The notes under the pieces were generated by a model. That model was not told where the DNA came from. It did not search any database and was given only the letters and a program-made list of their open reading frames with translations. 52,922 nt of DNA, taken from assembly GCF_041583095.1 (NCBI RefSeq), contig NZ_JBFHGM010000001.1:1-52922 (forward strand). The letters are read 5' to 3'. Source of the DNA: Draconibacterium sp. (GTDB lineage: Bacteria > Bacteroidota > Bacteroidia > Bacteroidales > Prolixibacteraceae). Every line of letters starts with the position of its first letter. The first letter of the stretch is position 1. Positions 27,139 to 37,766 of this stretch are shown piece by piece. Both the position numbers and the translations under genes were made by a program.

Positions 27139-29925
27139 ATGCGTATTAGTATATTGATAATATTGTGTATTAGTGTTTTTGTTGCTTGTAATCCGGCAAA
27201 AAATTTTAAAATAATAGATTTGCAAGTTAGTTTGAATCCTTTCAATTTAACGGATACCGAAGTTGTATTTAGTTGGAAGACACGGTCCGAAATAGATAGT
27301 TTCGTACAATCAGCCTTTGAAATAGAAATGGTTGAAGCCGAAGAAGAATCGGGCTTTAACTGGCACTTGAAAAGTGAAAATTCAGACAAGCAATTCGGAA
27401 TTAAATATTCCGGGGAAGAACTAACTCCGGGAAAACATTACAAGTGGAGAGTAAGGGTAATTGGCAATAAAGGCCAAACATCGGAATGGAGTGAGTATGA
27501 ACACTTCTGTTTTCTGGATGAGCTTTCGAAACACACGAATGCTAAATGGATTACTTATCAGGCAGATATAGCAAATGCACAACCGGTGTTTGGAAAAACT
27601 TTTAAGATTGAAAATAGCGAAAAGATAAAAAATGCACAACTGCTGGTGGCGGGTCTTGGATATTACGAAGTGTGTATTAATGGCGAAAAGATTGGTGACC
27701 ATGTTCTTGATCCGGCTCAAACAAACTACAACGAATATGCATTTTATGTGCATTATCCGGTACCGGCAGAATCGTTCAATGAAGACAACGAAATTAAAAT
27801 ATTACTAGGCGATGGTTTTTACAATCAAAACCTGGTGTGGACACCGGCAATGTCGTACGGAAAACCAAAAGTTGTGGCCTCATTACAGCTAACATTCAAT
27901 GATGGAACTTTGAAGGTAATTGATACCGGTGAGAACTGGATGTGGACAAACGGACCGATTGAAAGAAGCAACATTTATGCAGGTGAACATTATAATGCAA
28001 GCAAAGAATCGGTTTTAAAAAATTCAATGGACGGGAATTGGTTGCCGGTCAGCCTGGCAAAATCGTATCCTCCCAAAGTAATTCCTCAAACCATTAAACC
28101 CATTCGGGTTACGGAAACCATACAGGCACAAAAAATCATCAGAAACGGGAATAAAACAATATTTGATTTTGGCCAAAACTTTGCCGGTGTGGTTGAACTA
28201 AATGTATCAGCTTTGGCCGGAACTAAAATTACCTTGCGTTATGCCGAAAAGTTGTATCCTGATAGTACGCTCGATATAAGAAGCACCGGTGTTTTTGCCA
28301 CAAATCAGGAACAGTGCGATTCGTATATCTGCAGTGGAAATTCAACCGAAAATTGGATGCCCCGATTTACTTATCATGGTTTTAGGTATGTTGAATTGGA
28401 AGGTATTGAAAATCCATCGAAAGGGGTATTGACAGGGAAAGTGCTGCATACCGATTTGGAGCAAAGTGGCAGTTTCTCCTGTTCTTCGGAAACCATAAAT
28501 CGCTTGCATAAAATGAGTTTGTGGTCGCTTAGAAGTAACCTCCATGGCATCCCAACCGATTGCCCGCATCGTGAGAAGTGCGGGTGGCTGGGCGATGCAC
28601 ATGTTGTTGCCCCAACATTAATTCAGAATTTCAACAGCCATGCCTTTCTGAAAAAATACTTATACGATATTCGCTCCTCTGCAAACATCAACAAATCAAC
28701 AATAGCATTTAAAACCAATTTTCACGACCGTGTGGTTGAAGAAAAGCCCGCAGGAATTCCTTTTATGATTGCTCCGGGTAAACGTAATAGCGGAATGGCT
28801 TCAGCAGACTGGGGAACAGCGGTGGTTCAGCTCCCCTGGCTTTTGTACGTTTATTATGCCGACACCCGTGTACTGAATGATTTTTATCCGCTGATGAAAC
28901 AATGGGTTGACTATATTCATGAGCAAGGTGAGGAGGGAATAATTAAATACGGTTTGGGCGATTGGTGTCCGCCGGGAGCACATAAAGCAGTCGATACCCC
29001 GATTCCTGTGACCTCAACAGCATTTCACTACCTCGATATCGACATTCTTTCTAAAACTGCAAAAATTGTAGGAAAACAAGATGATGCAATTTTCTACAGG
29101 AAAATGAAAAATGAAGTGAAGCAAAGTTTTAATCAACATTTTTTTGCTGAAAATTCGAGAAGTTACGGCAGCCAGACTGCCAATGCACTGGCTTTGGAGT
29201 TTGGGCTGGTTCCGGAGGGACTTGAAAAAGAGGTGTCGAATGCAATTGTCGAAAATATAAATACGAAATACGACGGTTTTATACATACCGGAATGTTTGG
29301 TACCGGACGGATTTTTAGTGCTTTGTGCGAATATGGTAACGAAGAGGCTGCCGATTTTATTTTCAGCAAATCAGGTTATAACAGTTTTCCGTACATGTGG
29401 GAACATTACGATGCAACTACCATGTGGGAAGTACTCCCTGTGGATGATTATTACGACAATCCTGAAAAGAATGACCAACGCCGTTCGTTCAACCACAGCA
29501 TTCAGTTTGGTTTCGATGCATGGTTTTTTTATGGAATTGCCGGAATAAGGCCCGTTGAAGAAGAACCGGGGTTTAAACGAATTACATTTAAGCCTGGAAT
29601 GTTCAATTTTCTGAAAAATGCCGGGGCCAATTATAATTCACCATTTGGAGTTATAAAAAGCAGCTGGGAAAATACCGACCAAAAATTTCGGTGGAGTATT
29701 TCTGTTCCTCCAAACAGTGTGGCAGATTTTTATATTCCGGTAAATGCTTCGGCGGGCGAGATACTGGTGAATGGTTCAATTCTAAAATTTCACGATGTTA
29801 AAACTTCGAAAGATGGCAACAGGTATTTTGTTTTGCAGAACCAGCTTTCCGGCGCTTATTCTATCGAAGTAGCTTCTGCAAATTTGGTTCAGAAGAATAA
29901 AAATGCGTACAACCAAGCTAAATAA
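27139..29925 (+). CDS. Glycoside hydrolase family 78 alpha-L-rhamnosidase, lipoprotein
   Basis: Lipobox FVA-C. Motifs GLGYYE, FDFGQNFAG, PRFTYHGFRYVE, PTDCPHREKCGWLGDA, GLGDWCPP, ATTMWE, SFNH. Confidence 0.92.
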   Translation: MRISILIILCISVFVACNPAKNFKIIDLQVSLNPFNLTDTEVVFSWKTRSEIDSFVQSAFEIEMVEAEEESGFNWHLKSENSDKQFGIKYSGEELTPGKHYKWRVRVIGNKGQTSEWSEYEHFCFLDELSKHTNAKWITYQADIANAQPVFGKTFKIENSEKIKNAQLLVAGLGYYEVCINGEKIGDHVLDPAQTNYNEYAFYVHYPVPAESFNEDNEIKILLGDGFYNQNLVWTPAMSYGKPKVVASLQLTFNDGTLKVIDTGENWMWTNGPIERSNIYAGEHYNASKESVLKNSMDGNWLPVSLAKSYPPKVIPQTIKPIRVTETIQAQKIIRNGNKTIFDFGQNFAGVVELNVSALAGTKITLRYAEKLYPDSTLDIRSTGVFATNQEQCDSYICSGNSTENWMPRFTYHGFRYVELEGIENPSKGVLTGKVLHTDLEQSGSFSCSSETINRLHKMSLWSLRSNLHGIPTDCPHREKCGWLGDAHVVAPTLIQNFNSHAFLKKYLYDIRSSANINKSTIAFKTNFHDRVVEEKPAGIPFMIAPGKRNSGMASADWGTAVVQLPWLLYVYYADTRVLNDFYPLMKQWVDYIHEQGEEGIIKYGLGDWCPPGAHKAVDTPIPVTSTAFHYLDIDILSKTAKIVGKQDDAIFYRKMKNEVKQSFNQHFFAENSRSYGSQTANALALEFGLVPEGLEKEVSNAIVENINTKYDGFIHTGMFGTGRIFSALCEYGNEEAADFIFSKSGYNSFPYMWEHYDATTMWEVLPVDDYYDNPEKNDQRRSFNHSIQFGFDAWFFYGIAGIRPVEEEPGFKRITFKPGMFNFLKNAGANYNSPFGVIKSSWENTDQKFRWSISVPPNSVADFYIPVNASAGEILVNGSILKFHDVKTSKDGNRYFVLQNQLSGAYSIEVASANLVQKNKNAYNQAK

Positions 29926-29971
29926 TACTGAAATAATCAACTAAGTTTATATAAAAATTAAGATAAGTAAA

Positions 29972-31294
29972 ATGCAAATCAGATTTCTTCCTATCGCTAT
30001 TTTGTTACTATTTATGCAGGTAGTAAACGTTCAGGGGCAAATTAATCCGCCATTTGCCTGGCCAGATTTAAACATTGTACAAGTGGGCGAAAGGGCTTAT
30101 GCTTTTGGCGGCACCGATGTAGAACCCTATAATTTCGACATACAAACCTTTATTATGCCTTATTGGCGTTGCTTTTCGTCAACCGATTTGGTACACTGGG
30201 AGTTTGAAAGTATGCTCGACCCCAAAGATTTATACATGGGCGAGAGTGATAAATGTTTTGCCGGTCACGGTATTGAAAGAAACGGAAAGTGGTATTGGTA
30301 TTTCAGTAATTTTAATAAAAACACGGGCGTTGCTATTGCCGATTCGCCCCGGGGGCCATGGAAAGATGCTTTGGGAACACCCCTGCTGCCTGAAGAACTT
30401 ACCGATGCGCACGAATATGACAATTGCGTGTTTATTGACGACGATGGACAAGCCTACATGTCATTTGGTAATCATAAAAACAAAAAAATAAATTACTACA
30501 TTGTTGCGCTTAACGATGATATGGTTTCGTTAAAAGAAGAGCCGCGTAAGCTTGAGGTTATCGGCGATTATTCAAAAGGCGTAATTCCTGTTGATGCCTC
30601 TTTTATTCATAAACACGGCGATTATTACTACCTTTCGTGGAGAAGCCCTTACGCCATTTCAAAAAACATTTATGGCCCCTACACGTACATTGGCGAAGCC
30701 AGTGCAAAAGGTCATCTGGGCTATTTCGACTTTAACAACCAGAATTTTGTAAATTATACTGCTTTGAAAGAAGATATGCGCAGGCGTTATCGCTTTTGTT
30801 CGCTGGCCTATGTGCATTATAAAAAAGACGGTACAATTGCTCCAATGGAAGATATTATTGCCGAAAACGGGGTAGGACAATTTGATGCCAACTGGCCGGC
30901 AATTCAGGCCGAATGGTTTATGGGAATGCCCGATGGCCCCGAAAAGTATGAGTTTAAAGAAAACCAGTTTGTTATTCGTAACCTTAAAAATGGCGATTAC
31001 CTGAATTTTACAAACATAAGAAACATGCCCTACAGTGCTCAGATTGAATTTACCTACGCTTGCGATAATATCAACGGAGGCGATATTGTTGTAAAAGCCT
31101 TTAACCCAAATGGGCCTGAAATTGGCAGGGCAACCTTCGGAACAACCGGGTCGTGGGAAACATACAAAACAGTTATTGTTCCTTTAAATCACACCCCCGA
31201 GGGCCAATATTCTGTATCGCTTGTGTTTGATAGTAGTTCTGAAAGGGAACTTATTCGTATTGATTCATTTCGTGTTTTACCTTTAAATAAGTAG
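29972..31294 (+). CDS. GH43-like five-bladed beta-propeller glycosidase with C-terminal CBM6-like module
   Basis: SPI signal. Motifs WPD, FSSTDLVHW, NGKWYWYFS, GVAIADSPRGPWKDALG, YDNCVFIDDDGQAY, YYLSW. C-terminal IQAEWF...NGDYLNF...TGSWETY is CBM6-like. Confidence 0.8.
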   Translation: MQIRFLPIAILLLFMQVVNVQGQINPPFAWPDLNIVQVGERAYAFGGTDVEPYNFDIQTFIMPYWRCFSSTDLVHWEFESMLDPKDLYMGESDKCFAGHGIERNGKWYWYFSNFNKNTGVAIADSPRGPWKDALGTPLLPEELTDAHEYDNCVFIDDDGQAYMSFGNHKNKKINYYIVALNDDMVSLKEEPRKLEVIGDYSKGVIPVDASFIHKHGDYYYLSWRSPYAISKNIYGPYTYIGEASAKGHLGYFDFNNQNFVNYTALKEDMRRRYRFCSLAYVHYKKDGTIAPMEDIIAENGVGQFDANWPAIQAEWFMGMPDGPEKYEFKENQFVIRNLKNGDYLNFTNIRNMPYSAQIEFTYACDNINGGDIVVKAFNPNGPEIGRATFGTTGSWETYKTVIVPLNHTPEGQYSVSLVFDSSSERELIRIDSFRVLPLNK

Positions 31295-31300
31295 GTTACC

Positions 31301-32689
31301 ATGAAGAATATTTTAGGAATTATAGGTTTTATTGCCCTGCAGTTGTTTTGCATTGTTTCTCCTGGGCAGGAAGCTCAACCACCGAAGACTAATTTTTTGT
31401 TCATTATTGTTGATGATTTGAGGCCACAATTGGGATGTTACGGGAATGCTGAAACATTGAGTCCCAATATCGACAGGCTGGCCGAAGAAGGATTGTTGTT
31501 CTGCAACGCCTATTGTAATGTTCCGGTTTGCGGGGCATCACGAGCCAGTTTATTAACGGGCACAAGACCAACTGCAAGACGTTTTACCAATGCCGCTACC
31601 TGGGCCGAGAAAGATGTTCCGGATTTAGTTGATATTCCGGGTTATTTAAAACAAAACGGATACAAAACCATAAGTAACGGAAAAATATATCATCATCAGT
31701 TTGATAATGCAGCTTCGTGGGATGACAATTACAAGCCCAAAGATTTCAGAGATTATAAAACGCCTGAAAATTTTGAGCTGATGAAGACAAAAGGGATGGC
31801 CGCTGCCTGGGAAATTGCCCCGGTTCCTGATGATTCGCTTCAGGGGGGAAAAATTGCCAATAAGGTTATTGCCGACCTGCGAAACCTGAAAAAAAGCGGG
31901 AACCCCTTTTTTTTAACAGCCGGTTTTACAAAACCCCACTTGCCATTTATTGCTCCCGAAAAATATTGGGACATGTACGACCACAACAAAATTGAATTGG
32001 CAAAAAATCCTTTTGCTCCCGAAAAATGCCCGAAAGAAGCACTTCACAATTGGGGAGAGTTACGAAAACAATACACCGGAATCCCACAAACCGGACCAGT
32101 GTCAGACGAAGTGGCACGTAATCTTATTCATGGCTATAATGCATGCGTAAGTTTTTCCGATGCCATGATTGGTCGGATTTTAGACGAACTGGTGCAACTG
32201 GAACTCGATAAAAATACAGTAGTTATTTTGTGTGGCGACCATGGCTGGCAACTGGGCGAGCATGGTTTATGGTGTAAGCACAGTAATTTTAATACCTCAT
32301 TACAAGTGCCCTTAATCATTCGGGCTCCGGGTTTTGCTAAAAATGCAAAGGTTGAGGCTTTGGTTGAATTTGTTGATTTGTTCCCGAGTATTTGCGAACT
32401 GGCAGGTATTGAAATACCCAAACATCTGCAGGGGAAAAGTATGAAACCATTGCTCGAAAATCCTGATACAGAATGGAAAGAAGCTGTATTCTCACGCTTT
32501 AAAAATGGCGAATCGGTAAAAACCAAAGACTACCTTTATACCGAATACCGGGTTAAGGGAGAACGAATTTCACAAATGCTTTACAACCATAATACAGACA
32601 AGGACGAGAATAAAAACATTGCAGATGAAAATGAATCTGTAACCGAAAAACTTCACTTGTTAATGAAATCGGAAGGTATTTTAAAGTAA
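31301..32689 (+). CDS. S1 family sulfatase, Cys-type (iduronate-2-sulfatase-like)
   Basis: Motifs NFLFIIVDDLRP, CGASRASLLTG, GKIYH, GFTKPHLPF, GDHGWQLGEHGLWCKH. Confidence 0.92.
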   Translation: MKNILGIIGFIALQLFCIVSPGQEAQPPKTNFLFIIVDDLRPQLGCYGNAETLSPNIDRLAEEGLLFCNAYCNVPVCGASRASLLTGTRPTARRFTNAATWAEKDVPDLVDIPGYLKQNGYKTISNGKIYHHQFDNAASWDDNYKPKDFRDYKTPENFELMKTKGMAAAWEIAPVPDDSLQGGKIANKVIADLRNLKKSGNPFFLTAGFTKPHLPFIAPEKYWDMYDHNKIELAKNPFAPEKCPKEALHNWGELRKQYTGIPQTGPVSDEVARNLIHGYNACVSFSDAMIGRILDELVQLELDKNTVVILCGDHGWQLGEHGLWCKHSNFNTSLQVPLIIRAPGFAKNAKVEALVEFVDLFPSICELAGIEIPKHLQGKSMKPLLENPDTEWKEAVFSRFKNGESVKTKDYLYTEYRVKGERISQMLYNHNTDKDENKNIADENESVTEKLHLLMKSEGILK

Positions 32690-32707
32690 ACAAAACATAA
32701 AGCTGAA

Positions 32708-34237
32708 ATGAAGAAACAAGTTTGTTGGATACTTATAATTGGCGTGGCAGGATTACTGTTTTCCTGTTCGTTGCAAAAAACAGAGAAACAAAAAACAAAA
32801 AAGCCCAACATTGTTTTTATTCTGGCCGACGATATGGGCTGGGCTGATTTGCCGGTTTACGGAAACCGCTTTAACGAAGCACCACGTTTAGCCAAACTTG
32901 CCGAAGAGGGAACTCGATTTACCAATGCTTATGCTGCTTGTCCGGTTTGTTCGCCAACGCGTGCCAGTATACAATCGGGGCAGTACCCGGCAAGAGTTGG
33001 GGTAATCGATTTTATACCGGGGCACTGGAGGCCTTTTGAGGAAGTTGTTGTACCCAAAAACCGAACGCAGCACTTGCCAACAGACATAACTTCTTTGGGC
33101 GAAGCTATGAAAACTGCCGGTTATAGAACAGGGTATTTCGGAAAATGGCACCTGGGATTCTGGGACGAGCATCACCCCTCGAAACGTGGTTATGATAGTG
33201 CTTACGAATACAAGGGCGGCGGCTTTTTTAATTCGAAGTTTAGCCCTCATTACGAAGTGAATAACCCTAAACAACCGCTTTCTGATGTTCTTACAGATAT
33301 GAGTGTTAATTTTTTGGAAGAAAATAAGGATTCTTCATTTTTTCTTTTCCTTTCGCATTACGATGTGCATGTGCAATTAGACGCCGATTCGGCCTTAATC
33401 GACAAGTACCTGAAAAAAGAGAAAGTTGATAATTATCCGTGTAATGCCATTTATGCGGCTATGGTTGAAAGTGTTGATAAAAGTGTTGGCCGGGTACTCG
33501 ATAAGTTGGATGAACTGGGCTTGGCCGAGAATACAATTGTTCTCTTTTTCTCCGATAATGGAGGGTTAAAGAGCCGTTTCGATGAGATTCCACTAATCGA
33601 TAAATCCAAACAACATATTTACGAAAACGATTCGTTGTTATACATTGCGTCATCGAATACTCCGTTGCGGGCCGAAAAGGGTACGGTTTACGAAGGAGGT
33701 ATTCGCGAACCTTTTATTGTACGCTGGCCCGGTAAAATAGGCTCAGGTTTGGTTTCTGATGCATTAATAAGCAGCGTTGATTTTTACCCCACCTTTATGG
33801 CACTGGCAGAAGCCAACATGCCCGAAATACAGGTGTTCGACGGAAAAAACATTCTTCCTGAACTAATGGGAAATAACAGAGAACCTGAACGGGCGTTGTT
33901 TTGGCACTACCCGGTGTACCATCACGATGTGCCCAAAAGTGTTATTCGAAAAGGCGATTGGAAACTGATAGAAAATTTGGTTGACGGTTCTTTTGAATTG
34001 TATAACCTGAAAGAAGATATTTCAGAAACAAATAATTTGGCCGAAGTAAATATTGCCAGGCTAAAGGAATTGAAAACAGAACTGAAAGCCTGGCAGACAA
34101 ACACCGGCGCCGCGTTGCCTGTAAAAAATCACGACTTTGATGAAAAAAAAAGAAAACTTTGGAAGCAGCATCCTGATACAAAGACACTTTTTAAGAAGCC
34201 CGAGCCGAAAACAGCCAATGATATAATTCCCCAATAG
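32708..34237 (+). CDS. S1 family sulfatase, Cys-type, lipoprotein
   Basis: Lipobox LFS-C. Motifs PNIVFILADDMG, CSPTRASIQSG, GKWHLG, SDNGG, YEGGIREP. Confidence 0.92.
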   Translation: MKKQVCWILIIGVAGLLFSCSLQKTEKQKTKKPNIVFILADDMGWADLPVYGNRFNEAPRLAKLAEEGTRFTNAYAACPVCSPTRASIQSGQYPARVGVIDFIPGHWRPFEEVVVPKNRTQHLPTDITSLGEAMKTAGYRTGYFGKWHLGFWDEHHPSKRGYDSAYEYKGGGFFNSKFSPHYEVNNPKQPLSDVLTDMSVNFLEENKDSSFFLFLSHYDVHVQLDADSALIDKYLKKEKVDNYPCNAIYAAMVESVDKSVGRVLDKLDELGLAENTIVLFFSDNGGLKSRFDEIPLIDKSKQHIYENDSLLYIASSNTPLRAEKGTVYEGGIREPFIVRWPGKIGSGLVSDALISSVDFYPTFMALAEANMPEIQVFDGKNILPELMGNNREPERALFWHYPVYHHDVPKSVIRKGDWKLIENLVDGSFELYNLKEDISETNNLAEVNIARLKELKTELKAWQTNTGAALPVKNHDFDEKKRKLWKQHPDTKTLFKKPEPKTANDIIPQ

Positions 34238-34270
34238 GTTTAAAAATAAAATTCAGAATTAACGTTAATC

Positions 34271-35707
34271 ATGCAAAAAATAGTAGCAACATTTGTTATG
34301 GCGTTTTGTGCAATCAATTTCATTTTTGCACAGCAACGTCCCAATATTATTGTAATTTTTACCGACGACCTGGGGTATGCCGATATCGGTGCAAATGGGA
34401 TGGTTCCCGATATAAAAACTCCGAATATTGATAAACTGGCAGAAAATGGGATACGCATGACATCTGGTTATGTTACTGCGCCACAATGTGCCCCATCGCG
34501 GGCAGGTTTGCTAACCGGACGCTACCAGCAGCGTTTTGGTTCCGATGATAATGGTGTTCAACCGGTTCCGCTGGATGAAACACTAATTGCCGAACACATG
34601 TCAAATGCAGGTTATGTTACCGGGATGACCGGAAAATGGCATTTACAGCCATTGTATGTGCAAACCAATTGGGTTCGCCAAAATGTACCCGGTATTCCGG
34701 ATAAGGCGCGTTACTCGCCTAAGGATGTTCCCCTGGAATTAACGATGAAATATTATCCCCATGTGCGAGGGTTTCAGGAATATTATTATGGTACAATGTA
34801 TAATATTTGGGCAAACTACGACTTGTGCGGGAATTCGATTGAACCACAATGGATAAATGCCGATGGTTATCGCCTGGATAACCAAACCAATGCCGCAACA
34901 ACTTTTATCGACCGTAATTACGAAAAACCATTTTTCTTTTACCTCGGCTATTATGCCCCGCATGTTCCTTTGGAAGCAACCGAAAAGTATTTAAGCCGTT
35001 TCCCCGGCAAAATGCCCGAACGTAGGCGGTATTGTTTGGCTATGATGTCGGCAGTTGACGATGGTGTAGGGAAGATTATTAATAAGCTCAAAGAACATGG
35101 GGTTTATGAAAACACGCTTATATTTTTTATGAGCGATAATGGAGCTCCCTTAAAAATATATAAAGAAGATATTCCTTTAACACACAAAGGTGGTGCCTGG
35201 GACGGCTCGTTAAATAAACCTTTTGTTGGCGAAAAAGGAATGATTTCTGAAGGTGGTATCCGCGTACCTTACATTGTTTCGTGGCCGGCAGTATTGCCCA
35301 AAGGCGAAGTGTATAACAAACCTGTTGTATCGCTTGATATGGCTGCAACGGCAGTTGAAGTGGCCGGCAGAAAGAAGCCCAAAGCGTTTGACGGCACAAA
35401 CCTGATTCCGTATTTAACAGGAGAAAGAAAAGGCCAGCCTCACGAGCAGCTTTATTGGCGCTTTTGGGATCAGAGTGCAATTAGAATGGACAACTGGAAG
35501 TTTTTAAAAGCAGGTAATCGCGAGTTCTTGTTCGATTTAAATTCAGAAGAACCTGAATCAGAAAACCTGATTTTTCAGTATCCCGAAAAAGCAGATAAAA
35601 TGAAAAAGGAGCTCGTTAAATGGGGGGCAGAACTAAAGAATCCAGGTATACCCGACGGAGAGATAAGAAGGGAAAAGCATTGGTACGACTATTATTTTAA
35701 AGAGTAA
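34271..35707 (+). CDS. S1 family sulfatase, Cys-type, secreted
   Basis: SPI signal. Motifs PNIIVIFTDDLG, CAPSRAGLLTG, GKWHL, APHVP, SDNGA, EGGIRVP. Confidence 0.92.
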   Translation: MQKIVATFVMAFCAINFIFAQQRPNIIVIFTDDLGYADIGANGMVPDIKTPNIDKLAENGIRMTSGYVTAPQCAPSRAGLLTGRYQQRFGSDDNGVQPVPLDETLIAEHMSNAGYVTGMTGKWHLQPLYVQTNWVRQNVPGIPDKARYSPKDVPLELTMKYYPHVRGFQEYYYGTMYNIWANYDLCGNSIEPQWINADGYRLDNQTNAATTFIDRNYEKPFFFYLGYYAPHVPLEATEKYLSRFPGKMPERRRYCLAMMSAVDDGVGKIINKLKEHGVYENTLIFFMSDNGAPLKIYKEDIPLTHKGGAWDGSLNKPFVGEKGMISEGGIRVPYIVSWPAVLPKGEVYNKPVVSLDMAATAVEVAGRKKPKAFDGTNLIPYLTGERKGQPHEQLYWRFWDQSAIRMDNWKFLKAGNREFLFDLNSEEPESENLIFQYPEKADKMKKELVKWGAELKNPGIPDGEIRREKHWYDYYFKE

Positions 35708-35708
35708 A

Positions 35709-37391
35709 ATGAAACTAAAATATCGGATTACAGGATTATTCCTCTTCCTTTTTTTAATGACAGCATTTGGCGAAACAGCTTTTAAAAATCAAGGGGATGA
35801 TGCTCCCAACATTATTTTTATTCTTGCCGACGACCTTGGGTATATGGATATTCAGGAGTATGCCAAACATACCCTTGGGACCAAGAAACACAAAATGTTT
35901 TATGAAACTCCAAATCTCGATAGGTTATTGGAAGAAGGAGTCGCTTTTGAACGAGCTTATGCATGCCAGCTTTGCTCGCCAACGCGCGCAAGTATATTAA
36001 CGGGAAAAAATGCAGCCCGGCTTGGTTTTACAACCGCAACACCCTTCCGAAAAACCTATTACAATCAGGGCTTGGATGTGCCAGATGGAAGTTATGCCCA
36101 CGATGTGTTGTATCATAGCGACAAAATAGAAATTGAACAGGCTTTGCTGAACGGAAAAACAAATACAGCTTTGCCGTCCGGAACTGTCTACGATAATGGG
36201 CAGGATGAAATTACAATTGCCGAGGCATTATCAGATTACCATTCGGCATTTATAGGGAAATGGCATGTTGGAGGACATGGAGCAAAAGGCTATGCGCCGG
36301 AAGATCAGGGATTTGAAGCATTGGTGTGGTTCGATGCCGGTGGTTCGAAATATTTTAACTGGCGCGATAAATGGAATAACCGTTCAAAAGAAATGATTCC
36401 AAATACTCCTCAGGAAGAATGGTTGATGGGAAGCTCAGGAGAAGAAACCGGAGAAGCGTATTTAACAGATGACCTAACAGAGCAAGCTTTAAGTTATATT
36501 GAAAAAAGGGCAAAAATTAAAGATGAACCTTTCTTCCTTTATTTTTGTCATTTCGCAGTACATAGTCCCTGGCAAGCACCAGGAGAAGATATTGAATATT
36601 TCGAGAATAAGAAAACAAAAGGTTGGAACGGGCATAAAGATGCTACTTATGCAGCAATGATAAAATCGTTGGACAATTCAGTAGGCAAAATTCTGGATAA
36701 ATTACAAGAAACCGGACTTGAGGAAAATACACTTGTGGTGTTTATGTCGGACAATGGTGGAATTGATTCCAAAATAACTCCCCATGGCCATGTTACTGAT
36801 AATTTTCCGTTAATGGGAGGAAAGGCTTGTCTAACCGAAGGAGGTGTACGGGTGCCCCTTGTTTTTCGTTGGAAAGGCAAGTTAAAGGGAAACAAGTGGT
36901 CGACGGTGCCCGTTGACTGTGCTGATATTTTTCCAACCTTAGTGGAAGTGGCAGGATACGAGCCAAAGTTCTATTACAATGATAAAAACATTGATGGGCG
37001 GAGTATTTTAGGTCTGTTATATGATGTTAAAAATGAAAAAAGAACGTATATGCGAGATACCCGCTACTGGCATTATCCTTTTAATGTAATATACAATAAT
37101 CCTTACGATGGTTTACCTCTCACACCGCATTCTGCAATTATGGAAGGCGACTTTAAGCTGATTTTTGACTGGCATGGCCGCTTAAAACTATTTAATCTGG
37201 CCGAAGATCTTTCGGAGACCAATAATCTGGCCAAACAAATACCAGAAAAAACCAATGAGCTTTTCGTAAAATTGATGACCTGGTTAAAGAAAAATGTAAA
37301 AGAAACGTATTGGCCTCAAACAAACCCGGAGTACGATCCGTCTAATGATGCCCACGTTGAGCCTTATGTTGATTTAACGGGGGCCTATTGA
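35709..37391 (+). CDS. S1 family sulfatase, Cys-type, secreted
   Basis: Starts 1 nt after the previous stop. Motifs PNIIFILADDLG, CSPTRASILTG, GKWHVG, VHSP, SDNGG, EGGVRVP. Confidence 0.92.
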   Translation: MKLKYRITGLFLFLFLMTAFGETAFKNQGDDAPNIIFILADDLGYMDIQEYAKHTLGTKKHKMFYETPNLDRLLEEGVAFERAYACQLCSPTRASILTGKNAARLGFTTATPFRKTYYNQGLDVPDGSYAHDVLYHSDKIEIEQALLNGKTNTALPSGTVYDNGQDEITIAEALSDYHSAFIGKWHVGGHGAKGYAPEDQGFEALVWFDAGGSKYFNWRDKWNNRSKEMIPNTPQEEWLMGSSGEETGEAYLTDDLTEQALSYIEKRAKIKDEPFFLYFCHFAVHSPWQAPGEDIEYFENKKTKGWNGHKDATYAAMIKSLDNSVGKILDKLQETGLEENTLVVFMSDNGGIDSKITPHGHVTDNFPLMGGKACLTEGGVRVPLVFRWKGKLKGNKWSTVPVDCADIFPTLVEVAGYEPKFYYNDKNIDGRSILGLLYDVKNEKRTYMRDTRYWHYPFNVIYNNPYDGLPLTPHSAIMEGDFKLIFDWHGRLKLFNLAEDLSETNNLAKQIPEKTNELFVKLMTWLKKNVKETYWPQTNPEYDPSNDAHVEPYVDLTGAY

Positions 37392-37660
37392 TATGCTGAA
37401 GTGAGGTACGTGAGTACAGAATAATTTCCTACTTAAAGTGAACTAATTTCATTACAAAATAATTTAGGTATAGAGCTTCGGGCGTGTTTTAAATTCGGCA
37501 GATGCATGGAGCTTATGAGAACAAAGCTAGTTCTTTCAATTCAGCAATAAGTTGCTTTTATCAACGCGAATAAAAAGGAGGAGTTCTTCTTTCTACAATT
37601 TTCTAAAAGTCATGGAGGTATTGCCAAGACAATAGTATAACAGAATTGTACTTTGTACCC

Positions 37661-37718
37661 TGGAACAAAACATCCGTCCAATAAAACAAAGAAGAAAATT
37701 CTGGTTCGTTTAGTTTTG
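37661..37718 (+). promoter_or_regulatory. Promoter of PUL-B first unit: consensus -7 box with upstream 21-bp-period repeat
   Basis: TAGTTTTG at 37711-37718 matches TAnnTTTG. TGGAACAAAA (37661-37670) and TAAAACAAAG (37682-37691) have 21-bp period, and the first is identical to 942-951. Confidence 0.55.
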
Positions 37719-37766
37719 TAGTTAAAATTCAAGTTTTGTACAACATCAAAATAAACTAAATAAACC

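Noticed and set aside
1040-37391. Canonical ulvan or rhamnogalacturonan PUL
   Set aside because: GH78, GH106 and sulfatases fit, but no polysaccharide lyase, GH105/GH88 or GH28 is recognisable in the window. Such genes could lie elsewhere in the genome.
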